Shown: positions 45,338-54,701 of the stretch, piece after piece
How the letters are laid out: each line of letters starts with the position of its first letter
How positions within the stretch are numbered: the stretch's first letter is position 1
DNA from: an uncultured Caulobacterales bacterium
GTDB lineage: Bacteria > Pseudomonadota > Alphaproteobacteria > Caulobacterales > CAYPOX01
Assembly (NCBI GenBank): GCA_964412525.1
Contig: CAYPOX010000001.1
Coordinates: 11,356-75,355 of the forward strand
Length of the DNA: 64,000 nucleotides
Reading direction: 5' to 3'
Notes under the pieces: generated by a model
The model's database searches: none
Seen by the model: only the letters and a program-made list of their open reading frames with translations
What the model was told of the DNA's origin: nothing
Translations under genes and position numbers: made by a program

Positions 45338-45898
45338 CGCCGTCTCCGGTTGAGGGTCCGGCAACGGCGCCGGCGCGTCGGAAAGCGACCGCAGATAGGC
45401 CAGAATGGCGATGCGGTCGTTGCGACGGTTCAGGCCGGCGAAGGCCATCTTCGTGCCTTCGAGATAGCTGCGCGGATTTTCGAGAAAGCGATAGAGCGCT
45501 TCATAGGTCCAGGGTTCGCCATAGGCGCCCATGGCGTTGGAATAGGGATAACCGTCGGCGACGCCGATGTCCCGGCCGACGATATCCCACAGATTGGGAC
45601 CTGTTTGATGGCGGCCGCCCTTGTTGAAGCTATGACAGGACGTGCATTTGCGAGCGACGCTTTCGCCGTCGGTCGGATCCGCGGAGGCGAGGACGATTCC
45701 GAAGTCCGGCAAGGGTTCTTCCACCGCGACCGAAGCTTCGGCGACTTGCGTGGTCTCTTCGGGAATCTCGATAAGATAGCCCGCGGTCTCCAGGGGCTCT
45801 TTGTGAAACACGAACGCGCCCAGCTCGCGGCACGCGAAGAGGATCAACAACGCCACCAGGGTCGCCCCCGCGATCTTGTTGAATTGGAAGGAATCCAT
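45326..45898 (-). CDS. Membrane-anchored c-type cytochrome
   Basis: It has an N-terminal TM helix, the heme motif CTSCHSF, GPNLWDIVGR and the distal Met region KMAFAGL. Confidence 0.88.
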   Translation of the reverse strand: MDSFQFNKIAGATLVALLILFACRELGAFVFHKEPLETAGYLIEIPEETTQVAEASVAVEEPLPDFGIVLASADPTDGESVARKCTSCHSFNKGGRHQTGPNLWDIVGRDIGVADGYPYSNAMGAYGEPWTYEALYRFLENPRSYLEGTKMAFAGLNRRNDRIAILAYLRSLSDAPAPLPDPQPETASQG

Positions 45899-46011
45899 GC
45901 GCGCCGCTCCGTCATTTCGCCGGTTCGATGTGGTTGGATTGGGAGATACGCGGTGACGCCCATGTGGACAAGGCGTGCGCGACAGGACGCGCGGTCGCGC
46001 TTGCGCAGGTC

Positions 46012-46380
46012 ATGAACCGACGCGCGCCGCCGACGGTTCTCATCGCAAGCCGGGATCCGGCCGCGTCCGAACGGCTGATGGTGAAAGCGGCCGGCGCCGG
46101 GATCCGGGCGCTTCGCATGTCTGAGTTCGGCGGCGCGGCGTTGAAGGAGGCCTTGGGCGGGATCGACGCCTGCGTCATTGACTTGGCCTTCGACGCGGGG
46201 GCGGGGCTCGGCCTGGCGGAGGCGGTGCGTAAGGCGGGTCCTCGCCCGCCGCCGGTCATTTTTGTCGGCTATGGATTTCTACGCACGCAGGATGAGCGTT
46301 GGCGCGCGGAGGCGCTGGGACGCATCCCGGCCGGCGATGATTTCACCACCGCGATGCCGCGTCTGAGCCGAAGGCGCTGA
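46012..46380 (+). CDS. Hypothetical protein with a receiver-domain-like pattern
   Basis: The pattern is TVLIASRD...IDACVIDLAFDAGAGLGLAEAVRKA...PPVIFVG. The start is uncertain and the call is weak. Confidence 0.35.
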   Translation: MNRRAPPTVLIASRDPAASERLMVKAAGAGIRALRMSEFGGAALKEALGGIDACVIDLAFDAGAGLGLAEAVRKAGPRPPPVIFVGYGFLRTQDERWRAEALGRIPAGDDFTTAMPRLSRRR

Positions 46381-46482
46381 TCGACGTCTTTCCACGCCTT
46401 GAATTTCGACGTAAAGTTTTGCTGCGGTTGCCGGATGCGCGCGCGTGTTCGGCAAGCCCGAGATGCGAACACGGAGGGGCGC

Positions 46483-47142
46483 ATGTCGAACATCGCGGGC
46501 AAAGCCTATGCGATGAATGTATTGACCCCCGTCAAGCCATGGCGGACCGGGATCAACCGCTTGATCTTCATGGTGTCGCGCGCATGGCCGGCCACCCTTT
46601 ACGGCCTTCTCGGCCTTCGGCTGATCCATTTCGCGCGTTGGGTCATCATCAAGCGCGACGCCTGGCCCGATTTCGGCCAAGGGCGGGAGACGCTGCGCAA
46701 TGATTACGTGCTGTTCTGCTCCAATTTCAACGGCACATGGGACCAATATATCGACGCGTTTTCGGACGGGATCCCGAACGGCCTGAACCTGTTCTGGTAC
46801 TCCAGCACCAAATATCCGCAATCGATTCCGATCACGCCGTTCAAACGATACATCACCCACAACCAAATCGAGACCGACTATTACTACAACGCCACGCCCG
46901 GCGCGGCCCAACGGGGCGTCAAAAACGCCATCGCGGTGCGAGAGGGCCTGGCGGTTTTGGCGAAGGCGCACCGCACCGAGGAGCCCGAGGCGTTCGCCAA
47001 GACCTACGCGAAAGTCCTGACTCAACTGCAAAACAAGCTCGGACGTCAGGGTTTCGCGCCCGCAGCGAGCAACGCCACGCTGCGCGCCGAAGCCCTGACC
47101 CAATCCAAGATCGATGCTCGATGGAGCGGCGGCGATGCCTAA
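46483..47142 (+). CDS. Uncharacterised protein A (219 aa); paralogue of the N-terminal domain of the next gene
   Basis: GGAGGGG lies 3 nt before the ATG at 46483. Motifs are AYAMNVLTPV, IHFARWVII and YVLFCSNFNGTWDQYIDAF. I can name no family. Confidence 0.7.
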   Translation: MSNIAGKAYAMNVLTPVKPWRTGINRLIFMVSRAWPATLYGLLGLRLIHFARWVIIKRDAWPDFGQGRETLRNDYVLFCSNFNGTWDQYIDAFSDGIPNGLNLFWYSSTKYPQSIPITPFKRYITHNQIETDYYYNATPGAAQRGVKNAIAVREGLAVLAKAHRTEEPEAFAKTYAKVLTQLQNKLGRQGFAPAASNATLRAEALTQSKIDARWSGGDA

Positions 47143-48325
47143 CTTCGACGGCGGCCAATACTTTTTGACGGCGCTCTTTCCAATTCGTGACGGCGTCGTC
47201 GCCGAGGAAGGCGGACCACCACGCTCTCACTTGCAGGCCTTGCGCGAAGAGCTCGACCTTCTGCCCAAGGCGCGGCAATCGGAAGCGACGGTCGGCGCCA
47301 AGGTCGCCAGTCCGTTCGCGCGTTCCAACCGAACGCATTTCGCCCGCTTCGTCATCATCGACGACACGATCTTCAACGGTCGCGATTCCCAGGACGCTCT
47401 GGTGAACGCCGCGCGCGCAACGCCTCTCACCGAGCCCCGGCCGGTGGACCATCTTCGCCGTCCCTATCTCGCCTTTGTCGCCGACTTCGACGCGCCGGAC
47501 GGCGCGCCGACCAATCTGGACGCTTATTTGAAGCACCTTTGGGAGGTGATGGAGCCGGAGCTGCGCGCCGTGTTCCGCCATTGTTTGGGCTTCGTGGACG
47601 TGGCGAACGCGGCAAGCTTCGCGGCCTTCGTCCGCCGCGGCCAGATTGAAACCACCATGTCCTACAATGACTATTGGACTGGGACGCCGCCGCTCAAACC
47701 GGCTCCGATCCCCATGGCGGCGGCGCCCGTCGCGCTGTTTGGGTTGGGGTTTCTCGTGGGGCTCGTGGCTCTGTTCGGCCGCGTCTTGGGAGATGCGGCG
47801 GCCGCCGCGCCCTGGGGCCTGATCACGCCCCTGGGCTTGGGCGCGGTGGCGGGCGGTCTGGCGCCTTGGGCCCTCAAAGCCATCATGGCGAAACCGGCCA
47901 TGGCTGAACCGGATTGGGACCCCGCCCCGCCTTGGCTCACCAGGGCGCGCCCCTTCCTGTTGATCGGCGGGGGCCTCGCCGTGACGCTGGCCATCCTGTG
48001 GCGGTGGAAGGCCGACGCGCCCTGGCTCGCCATCACGCTGTGGATGCTATTTTTAACGGTCGCCGCGCTTGCAGGCTTTGTGGCCTTCGTCACTTGGCGC
48101 GGTCGGCGCCCCTTTCCGCGGGCCCCCGGTTCAGATTTGCCGAGCGTTTTGAAGGCGCTTTATCTGCAGCGGACATTTGGCGACTTCGCCGTGGCCCACC
48201 AAGGCGCCTCGCCTGAGGCGTTGCACGCCGCCTTCGGCGCTTTCCTCGAAACGCACAAGCCGGACAATGTCGGCGAGCCGACCCAGCCGCCGGGCGTCGT
48301 GCCGCAGGAAGGCGTTTCGTCATGA
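47135..48325 (+). CDS. Uncharacterised protein B (396 aa): an A-like soluble domain plus about four hydrophobic helices
   Basis: The ATG at 47135 overlaps the end of gene A by 8 nt. Motifs are QYFLTALFPI, THFARFVII and YLAFVADFD...LDAYLKHLW. The hydrophobic stretch spans about 47710-48100. Confidence 0.7.
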   Translation: MPNFDGGQYFLTALFPIRDGVVAEEGGPPRSHLQALREELDLLPKARQSEATVGAKVASPFARSNRTHFARFVIIDDTIFNGRDSQDALVNAARATPLTEPRPVDHLRRPYLAFVADFDAPDGAPTNLDAYLKHLWEVMEPELRAVFRHCLGFVDVANAASFAAFVRRGQIETTMSYNDYWTGTPPLKPAPIPMAAAPVALFGLGFLVGLVALFGRVLGDAAAAAPWGLITPLGLGAVAGGLAPWALKAIMAKPAMAEPDWDPAPPWLTRARPFLLIGGGLAVTLAILWRWKADAPWLAITLWMLFLTVAALAGFVAFVTWRGRRPFPRAPGSDLPSVLKALYLQRTFGDFAVAHQGASPEALHAAFGAFLETHKPDNVGEPTQPPGVVPQEGVSS

Positions 48326-49962
48326 CCGTGCGGCTCGATCTGGACGACATTCAGGGCAATGTGGTTCGGGCCTATTCGGCCTACAACTATCCCTACGCCC
48401 GATATCTTTGTCTCAACATCGCTGAGGCGGACGCCGGACGCGCCTTTGTGGAGACCGTTCGCCTAGAGGTCACGGACGCCCAGCGTTGGGCGCGGGGCTC
48501 AAAAAATCTCTTCGGCGAGCAGGCGATCCCGCGCCCGCCGGCGTCGGTCAACATGGCCTTCACGTTTCGGGGCTTGGTGCGGCTCGGCCTGCCCACGCGG
48601 ACGTTACGCGCCATGCCGGACGCGTTCATCGACGGTATGGCGCGGCGCGCCCACCTCTTGGGCGATACGGGCGTCAGCGCTCCCTCCGCATGGGACCCGG
48701 TGTGGCGTCGCGGATCGACCGGCGATCTGACCGCCGACGCGCCTGGCTCCGAGGATGACGTGCACATCCTCATCCTGATCAATGGGGAGGCGGACGCCGA
48801 TGGCCATCCGGTCGACGCCCTGGAGGATCGCACCCAGTGGATCCGCGAGGCCTGCGACCGGCTGCAAGGCGGGGTCCGTCTTCTCAGCGGCCATGGCGCC
48901 GGAGGCGCGGATTTCCAACCCGCCGGCGCCTTGCTTGCGCATGGACCGAACGGTTGGCGGATCACCGGCAAGGAACATTTTGGCTTCACCGACGGGATCG
49001 GCAATCCCGTGTTCGAAGGCCAGTACGCGCCGGAAGTTGAGGCCCGGCGGGTCATCGGGCGCGGCAAACTCACGCCGGACGGCCGATGGGCGCCCCTGGC
49101 CGCCGGCGAGTTCATCCTTGGGCTTCCCGATGAATCGCAAGAACTGCCGCCGGCGGCGCCGCCATGGAGCTTCTCCCGGAACGGTTCGTTCCTGGTGTTT
49201 CGAAAACTCCATCAAAACGTGCGCCGTTTCCGCACCTTCATCGACGAGACCGCGGAGACCTATGCGCACGCCATGGGTCTTCAACCGGATGTCGCGCGCG
49301 AGACCCTGATGGCGAAAATCGTCGGGCGATGGCCCGACGGTACGCCTTTGATGGCCGCGCCGGACTATGCGGCGCTCCAGGCGTTCCGCGCGAAGCACGC
49401 GGACGCGGCGAACGACGCGGCGGCGCGGGCCGCCTTGATGCGCGAATTGTCCGATTTCGCCTTTCGGGACGATCCGGAGGGCGTGAAATGCCCGCTAGGG
49501 GCGCATTTGCGACGCGCCAACACCCGCGACATGCTCGATCCCTCCGTGCTCAACCCGGACGCGCCGCGATCCGGCTCCGCGTTGAACAAGCGGCGGCGCA
49601 TTCTTCGCCGCGGTCTTCCCTATGGCGCCTTCGACGACGACGCGAAGGATGATTCGAATGAGCACGGGATCATCTTCATGGCGCTTTGCGCGGACATTTT
49701 TCGCCAGTTTGAATTCGTTCAGCAGCAATGGATGGAATACGGCATGGATTTCGAGGCCGGCAATGAGGCCTGTCCTTTGGTGGGAATCCACGAAGACCGC
49801 CGTGCGCGCCACGTCATCCCGTCCGACCCTCGGTCGGGGAAACCACCTTTTTTCTGTTCTGATCTTCCGCAATTCGTCGAGACGCGGGGCGGGGATTACT
49901 TTTTCTTGCCGAGCTTGACGGCGCTGCGCGCCCTGGCGGAAGGCGCCGTCGACCCGACCTGA
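48322..49962 (+). CDS. DyP-type heme peroxidase, long form (546 aa)
   Basis: It has LDDIQGNVVRAY, GKEHFGFTDGIGNPVFEG, GAHLRRANTRD (proximal His region), RRGLPYG and GIIFMALCADIFRQFEFVQQQW. It overlaps gene B as ATGA. No signal peptide is visible. Confidence 0.85.
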   Translation: MTVRLDLDDIQGNVVRAYSAYNYPYARYLCLNIAEADAGRAFVETVRLEVTDAQRWARGSKNLFGEQAIPRPPASVNMAFTFRGLVRLGLPTRTLRAMPDAFIDGMARRAHLLGDTGVSAPSAWDPVWRRGSTGDLTADAPGSEDDVHILILINGEADADGHPVDALEDRTQWIREACDRLQGGVRLLSGHGAGGADFQPAGALLAHGPNGWRITGKEHFGFTDGIGNPVFEGQYAPEVEARRVIGRGKLTPDGRWAPLAAGEFILGLPDESQELPPAAPPWSFSRNGSFLVFRKLHQNVRRFRTFIDETAETYAHAMGLQPDVARETLMAKIVGRWPDGTPLMAAPDYAALQAFRAKHADAANDAAARAALMRELSDFAFRDDPEGVKCPLGAHLRRANTRDMLDPSVLNPDAPRSGSALNKRRRILRRGLPYGAFDDDAKDDSNEHGIIFMALCADIFRQFEFVQQQWMEYGMDFEAGNEACPLVGIHEDRRARHVIPSDPRSGKPPFFCSDLPQFVETRGGDYFFLPSLTALRALAEGAVDPT

Positions 49963-49997
49963 ACGATGCGTCTGTCCGGCGCGATAGAGGAGACGTC

Positions 49998-51374
49998 GTG
50001 AACACCGCATTCAGCTTGGCCATGGGCTTGCCCCGGCGCATATTCGCGCTCGTCGTGGCGATTTGGCGTGTTCTTCTGGAAATCGGCGACGCCCAGATGG
50101 GCCTTTGGCGGCTGTTCTCCATGTGGCGGCGATCGCGCAAGGGCGATCCGATCGATCCGCTCTCCGCCGACGTGATGCGGCCAGCTTTCGCGGTCGCGCG
50201 AGTCTTCGCGCCGGTCGTCGAAATCCCGCGCGTCTTTGTGAAAGCCTACACCAACGACGCCACCGCCTTGGTCACCCGGTACGACGACGTGGTCGACATT
50301 TTGAGCCGGGACGCTGAGTTTGAATCCGTTTACGGCCCGCGCATGCGCGAATTGACCGACGGCCCGGACTTCATATTGGCCCTGCCGAACAATGCGCAAT
50401 ATGCCCGCGACATGGCCAACTCCGGGGCCGCCATGCGTCGAACCGATGTGGCCGAACGGATCGCGCCCCTCGTCGCCCGGGAGAGCGAGTCCGTGACGGC
50501 CGGATTCCCCGATGGCCTCGACGTGCCCGCAGATTTGACGACGCGCGTGCCTGCACGGCTCGCCAAAGCTTATTTCGGGCTGACGGCGGACGTGTCCGAA
50601 GATTTCCTCATCCGCATCGCCACCGATTGTTTTTGGTACATCTTTTTCGATCTGGGCGCGGACCCGGAGGTGCGCGCCCGCGCGACGTCCGCGTCGTCGG
50701 AGTTTCGGGCCTTTCTCGATCGGGAGATCGCGGCGGCGCATGAAAGGCCGCCCAATGACGAGACGGTTCTGGATCGCTTCATCGCGCTGCAACGCGCCGG
50801 CGTGCCGGGCAATGACGACGCGATGATCCGCACCAATCTCCTCGGCTTCATTTCCGCGACGATCCCGACCATGTCCCGCTTGGCCGTTTTGGCCTTGGAC
50901 GAGTTGATGCGGCGGCCGGACATGCTGGCGGGCGTCCAAGCCGCGGCCCGGGCGGGCGACGACGGGCGTTACGCCCAGGGCGTGTTCGAGGCGTCCCGGT
51001 TCAACACTTTCACCCCGATGGTCTACCGACGCGCCACGCGGGACGCCGTGGTCGGGCGCAGCACCTTGCGCGCGCGGACGATCAAAAAGGGCGCGCTCGT
51101 GTTTTGCGCCACCCAATCCGCCATGTTCGACCGGCGCGAGATCGCGGCGCCGACGCAATTCCGGTTCGATCGCCCCTGGCGGCACTACATGCTTTGGGGC
51201 GAGGGTTTTCATGTCTGCATCGGGGAGCACATCAACAGAGCGGTGGTTCCCGCCATGCTGAAGCCATTGATGAAGAAACGAAATCTGCGACGAGCCGAGG
51301 GCGAGGCTGGACAAATCGACGATGCGGGTTCGCCGTTTCCGCGCCATTGGCGCGTGCTTTACGATCCGGATTGA
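49998..51374 (+). CDS. Cytochrome P450
   Basis: It has the Cys-ligand loop WGEGFHVCIGEH and an ExxR in FEASRF. AGAGGAG lies 5 nt before the GTG at 49998. Confidence 0.85.
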   Translation: MNTAFSLAMGLPRRIFALVVAIWRVLLEIGDAQMGLWRLFSMWRRSRKGDPIDPLSADVMRPAFAVARVFAPVVEIPRVFVKAYTNDATALVTRYDDVVDILSRDAEFESVYGPRMRELTDGPDFILALPNNAQYARDMANSGAAMRRTDVAERIAPLVARESESVTAGFPDGLDVPADLTTRVPARLAKAYFGLTADVSEDFLIRIATDCFWYIFFDLGADPEVRARATSASSEFRAFLDREIAAAHERPPNDETVLDRFIALQRAGVPGNDDAMIRTNLLGFISATIPTMSRLAVLALDELMRRPDMLAGVQAAARAGDDGRYAQGVFEASRFNTFTPMVYRRATRDAVVGRSTLRARTIKKGALVFCATQSAMFDRREIAAPTQFRFDRPWRHYMLWGEGFHVCIGEHINRAVVPAMLKPLMKKRNLRRAEGEAGQIDDAGSPFPRHWRVLYDPD

Positions 51375-51378
51375 CCGG

Positions 51379-51972
51379 TTACGTCAAGGCGTATCGAAAA
51401 GCATTGCGGGCGATCATAACCAAGAGGACGCCCCCGAGCAGCAGTGCGGCCGACAGCAAACGGTCGGCCCCAAGCACCGCTCGAAGCGCCCGCCAGCGGG
51501 CGTAGATCGCTAAAGCAAGCGCCGCCAGGAAACCCGCGAGGGCCGCTTCCAACGGCGCGGCGTCCATCAAGTACAAGCCAAACGGGATGGCCTGAAGGAC
51601 GTTCAGCAACAATACGGTCCAATTGTGTATGATGATGTAGGAAAACTCGCGCCCTGCGGTTCGAAAAACGTCCGCAAAGGCGATGATCACCCCCACATAA
51701 AGAAAAAATCCGACGAAGAAGCTTGCATAGGTGACTTGAAGCGCCTGCGCCAGCGGTTCGATCGCGTCGGCGCCGCCCATTCGCGAGGCGTTGTCCGACA
51801 TGACTCGGTGATAACCCGCCAAGCTGACCGCGATCGCGGGCGTGGCGAGGATCGGCGCGAGAAACGAGGCGCGCAGTTCCGATCGGGTGATGCGTAAATC
51901 GTCCGCCCAATCGGAACGCCCGGCGATCAAGCGGGCGGCCGCCTTCAATCCGGTGAAGTTCGCCGCGGTCAT
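51379..51972 (-). CDS. Hypothetical integral membrane protein
   Basis: It has four to five hydrophobic helices. It overlaps the dapE stop by 4 nt, so it is probably co-transcribed with dapDE. Confidence 0.6.
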   Translation of the reverse strand: MTAANFTGLKAAARLIAGRSDWADDLRITRSELRASFLAPILATPAIAVSLAGYHRVMSDNASRMGGADAIEPLAQALQVTYASFFVGFFLYVGVIIAFADVFRTAGREFSYIIIHNWTVLLLNVLQAIPFGLYLMDAAPLEAALAGFLAALALAIYARWRALRAVLGADRLLSAALLLGGVLLVMIARNAFRYALT

Positions 51973-53141
51973 CGTCCGCGCGTCAAATAGGCGCGAAGCA
52001 CCCGTGCATAAATCGCGGACAACGACCGAATATCGGAGACGGCGGCCCGTTCGTCGACCTTATGCATGGTCGCCCCAACCAAGCCGAATTCAAGCGTCGG
52101 CGCGAGGCGGGAGACGAACCGCGCGTCGGACGAGCCGCCGCTGGTCGAAACCTCCGGCACGAGGCCGATCTCCGCCTCGACCGCCTCCATGACCAAATCC
52201 ACGAACCAATCCGGCTCCGAATAATACGGCTCCGCAGGCGTGCGGGCGTCGACCGCAATCTCGACGTTCCAATCGTCGGACACGGCGTTCGCCTCGCGGC
52301 GCACCCAAGCCTCCAAGCTTTCGCCGTCATGGCGAATGTTGAAGCGCACATTGAGCATGACCCGCGCCGTACGCGGGATCACGTTGTGGGACGGGTTGCC
52401 CACATCAATGGACGTGATCTCCAAGTTGGAAGGCTGGAATGGTCCGATTCCTTCGTCCAGGGGGCGGGCGCGGAGCCTTTGCAGAAGATCGAGCAACGGC
52501 GGGAGCGGATTGCGCGCCAGATGAGGATAGGCGACGTGGCCTTCTTGGCAGATCACGTCGCTCTTGCAGTTGAAGCTGCCGCGGCGACCGACTTTCAGGG
52601 CTTCGCCCATGCGCTGTGGATTGGTGGGCTCGCCGACAAGGGCGTGATCGATCCGCACGCCCTCTCGCTCCAGGGTTTCGACGACCTTACGCACGCCGTT
52701 CACGGCGTCGCCCTCTTCATCGTCGGTCAAAATCACCATGACCGATCCACCGCGCAGCCCGCCGTCCAGGATCACGGCGTCGACAGCGGCCATGAAGGCG
52801 GCGACCGCGCCCTTCATGTCGGCGACGCCGCGCCCGACGACCTCCCCGTCCTGGATCTCGGCGCCGAACGGCGTCGCGCGCCAGGCGTCTTCATCCACCA
52901 CGGGCACCACGTCGACATGTCCGACGAAAGCGAGGCGCGGCCCGCCATCCCCAAGGACGCCGACCAGATTGTCGGCCGGTTGTCCGGCCGGGTCGTCATA
53001 ACGCAGGCGGCGGCACGAAAAGCCGAGCTCGACCAGGCGTTCCTGGCACCAATCCAAGGCTTCGACCGCGTCGCCGACCACCGACGGAATGCGCACCAGC
53101 GCTTGGGTCAATTCGAGCGGATCCAAACGGTCGCTCATCAA
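51969..53141 (-). CDS. dapE: Succinyl-diaminopimelate desuccinylase DapE
   Basis: It has M20 peptidase motifs ([24 protein letters not shown]) and lies downstream of dapD with an ATGA overlap. Confidence 0.9.
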   Translation of the reverse strand: MMSDRLDPLELTQALVRIPSVVGDAVEALDWCQERLVELGFSCRRLRYDDPAGQPADNLVGVLGDGGPRLAFVGHVDVVPVVDEDAWRATPFGAEIQDGEVVGRGVADMKGAVAAFMAAVDAVILDGGLRGGSVMVILTDDEEGDAVNGVRKVVETLEREGVRIDHALVGEPTNPQRMGEALKVGRRGSFNCKSDVICQEGHVAYPHLARNPLPPLLDLLQRLRARPLDEGIGPFQPSNLEITSIDVGNPSHNVIPRTARVMLNVRFNIRHDGESLEAWVRREANAVSDDWNVEIAVDARTPAEPYYSEPDWFVDLVMEAVEAEIGLVPEVSTSGGSSDARFVSRLAPTLEFGLVGATMHKVDERAAVSDIRSLSAIYARVLRAYLTRGR

Positions 53142-53980
53142 TCCGCCTCCCGAAGCAATTCATTGATCGCGGTCTTCGCGCGCGTCCGCTCGTCGACGCG
53201 TTTCACGATGACCGCGCAGGCCAGCGACGGCTCGCCGTCCCGGCGCGGGGGCAACGCGCCCGGCGCCACCACCGCATAGGGCGGCACCTCGCCGCGCCAT
53301 ATCTCGCCCGTATCCCGATCGACGATCTTCGTCGATGCGCCTAGATACACGCCCATCGCAATGACCGCGCCGCGACGGATGATCATGCCCTCCGCGACCT
53401 CGGCGCGCGCGCCGATGAAGCAATCGTCTTCGATCACCACCGGGCGCGCCTGTAGCGGCTCCAGCACGCCGCCAACGCCGGCCCCGCCGGAGATGTGGCA
53501 ACGCGCGCCGATTTGGGCGCAAGAGCCCACCGTCGCCCAGGTGTCGATCATCGTGTTCTCGCCCACATAGGCCCCGACATTCACGAAGCTGGGCATCAGG
53601 ACCGCGCTCGGCGCCACGAATGCGGAACGGCGGACGATCGCGCCCGGCGCCATGCGAAAGCCGGCTTCGATGAACGGCTCCTCCGTCCACCCTTCCGTCT
53701 TCAAAGGAATCTTGTCCCACCAGCGCGCGTCGTCCGCCCCGCCCTTCATGACGCGGTTCTGGGACAGGCGAAAACTCAACAGCACCGCCTGTTTGGCGAA
53801 TGCGTTGACCCGCCAGCCGGTCTCGTCCTCCGGATCCGGTTCGCAGACGCGCAGGCGTCCGGCGTCCATGAGCTCCAAAGCGCGCCGAACCGGAGGCGCG
53901 TCGTCGCCTGGTTTGAGGCTCGACCGCTTGGACCAAAGCAATTCGATTTCTGCGGCGATCTTCTCGATTTCGTCGTTCAT
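53138..53980 (-). CDS. dapD: 2,3,4,5-tetrahydropyridine-2,6-dicarboxylate N-succinyltransferase DapD
   Basis: It has a hexapeptide-repeat region ([40 protein letters not shown]) and a DapD-type N-terminus. Confidence 0.9.
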   Translation of the reverse strand: MNDEIEKIAAEIELLWSKRSSLKPGDDAPPVRRALELMDAGRLRVCEPDPEDETGWRVNAFAKQAVLLSFRLSQNRVMKGGADDARWWDKIPLKTEGWTEEPFIEAGFRMAPGAIVRRSAFVAPSAVLMPSFVNVGAYVGENTMIDTWATVGSCAQIGARCHISGGAGVGGVLEPLQARPVVIEDDCFIGARAEVAEGMIIRRGAVIAMGVYLGASTKIVDRDTGEIWRGEVPPYAVVAPGALPPRRDGEPSLACAVIVKRVDERTRAKTAINELLREAD

Positions 53981-54017
53981 GGGCGGTCCCGTAGCACAGT
54001 CATTGGGAAAGGGCTTT

Positions 54018-54701
54018 TCAATCGTCCGCCGCCAAGGCCTCGGCGACGCGATGCAGCATCAGCCGCACATTTTCGGCCGCATGGCCGATATGGTCGGCGC
54101 GCGCCTCGCCGCCGCCGATCAATGCGGTCGCCATGCCGAGGGCGTGCGGTTCGCGCAGATTGTCCGGCTTGTCTTCGAACATCATCGCCGCGGCGGGGTC
54201 CACCGCCATGGCGTCGAGAAACCGAGCATAGGCGGGAGCCTGCGGTTTCGGCGTCCAGGCCGCGTCTTCAATGCCGAAAAAGGCGTCAAAGAGGTGGCTG
54301 ACCCCCAAGGCGTCCGTGACTCGTTCGGCGTGGCGTCGCGAGCCGTTGGTGAACACGCATTTGCGTCCGGGCAGCTCGGCGATCAACGAGGCCAGCAGGG
54401 CGTCGCGGGTGAGCGCATCGAGCGGAATATCGTGGACGAAGTCGGTGAAGGCGTGGGGATCGACGTCGTGTTCTAGGATCAGGCCGCTCAAGGTGGCTCC
54501 ATAGCGGTGATAGTAAAGCTTCTGAATCCGATAGGCCTCCTCGGCTCCGACGCCGAGGGCCTCAGATATGAACGCCTTCATCCGGCGATCGACATGACGG
54601 AACACATGGGTGTCCGCGTCATAGAGGGTGTTGTCCAAGTCGAAAACACAGACAAGGGTGAGGCGGGCGTCTAAGGCTAGCGAGGGCTCTGTCCGCGTCA
54701 T
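54018..54701 (-). CDS. HAD-superfamily pyrimidine 5'-nucleotidase-like hydrolase
   Basis: It has motif [10 protein letters not shown] and FTNGSRRHA. The ATG at 54701 forms an ATGA overlap with the upstream gene's stop. The track's start at 54818 is rejected. Confidence 0.75.
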   Translation of the reverse strand: MTRTEPSLALDARLTLVCVFDLDNTLYDADTHVFRHVDRRMKAFISEALGVGAEEAYRIQKLYYHRYGATLSGLILEHDVDPHAFTDFVHDIPLDALTRDALLASLIAELPGRKCVFTNGSRRHAERVTDALGVSHLFDAFFGIEDAAWTPKPQAPAYARFLDAMAVDPAAAMMFEDKPDNLREPHALGMATALIGGGEARADHIGHAAENVRLMLHRVAEALAADD

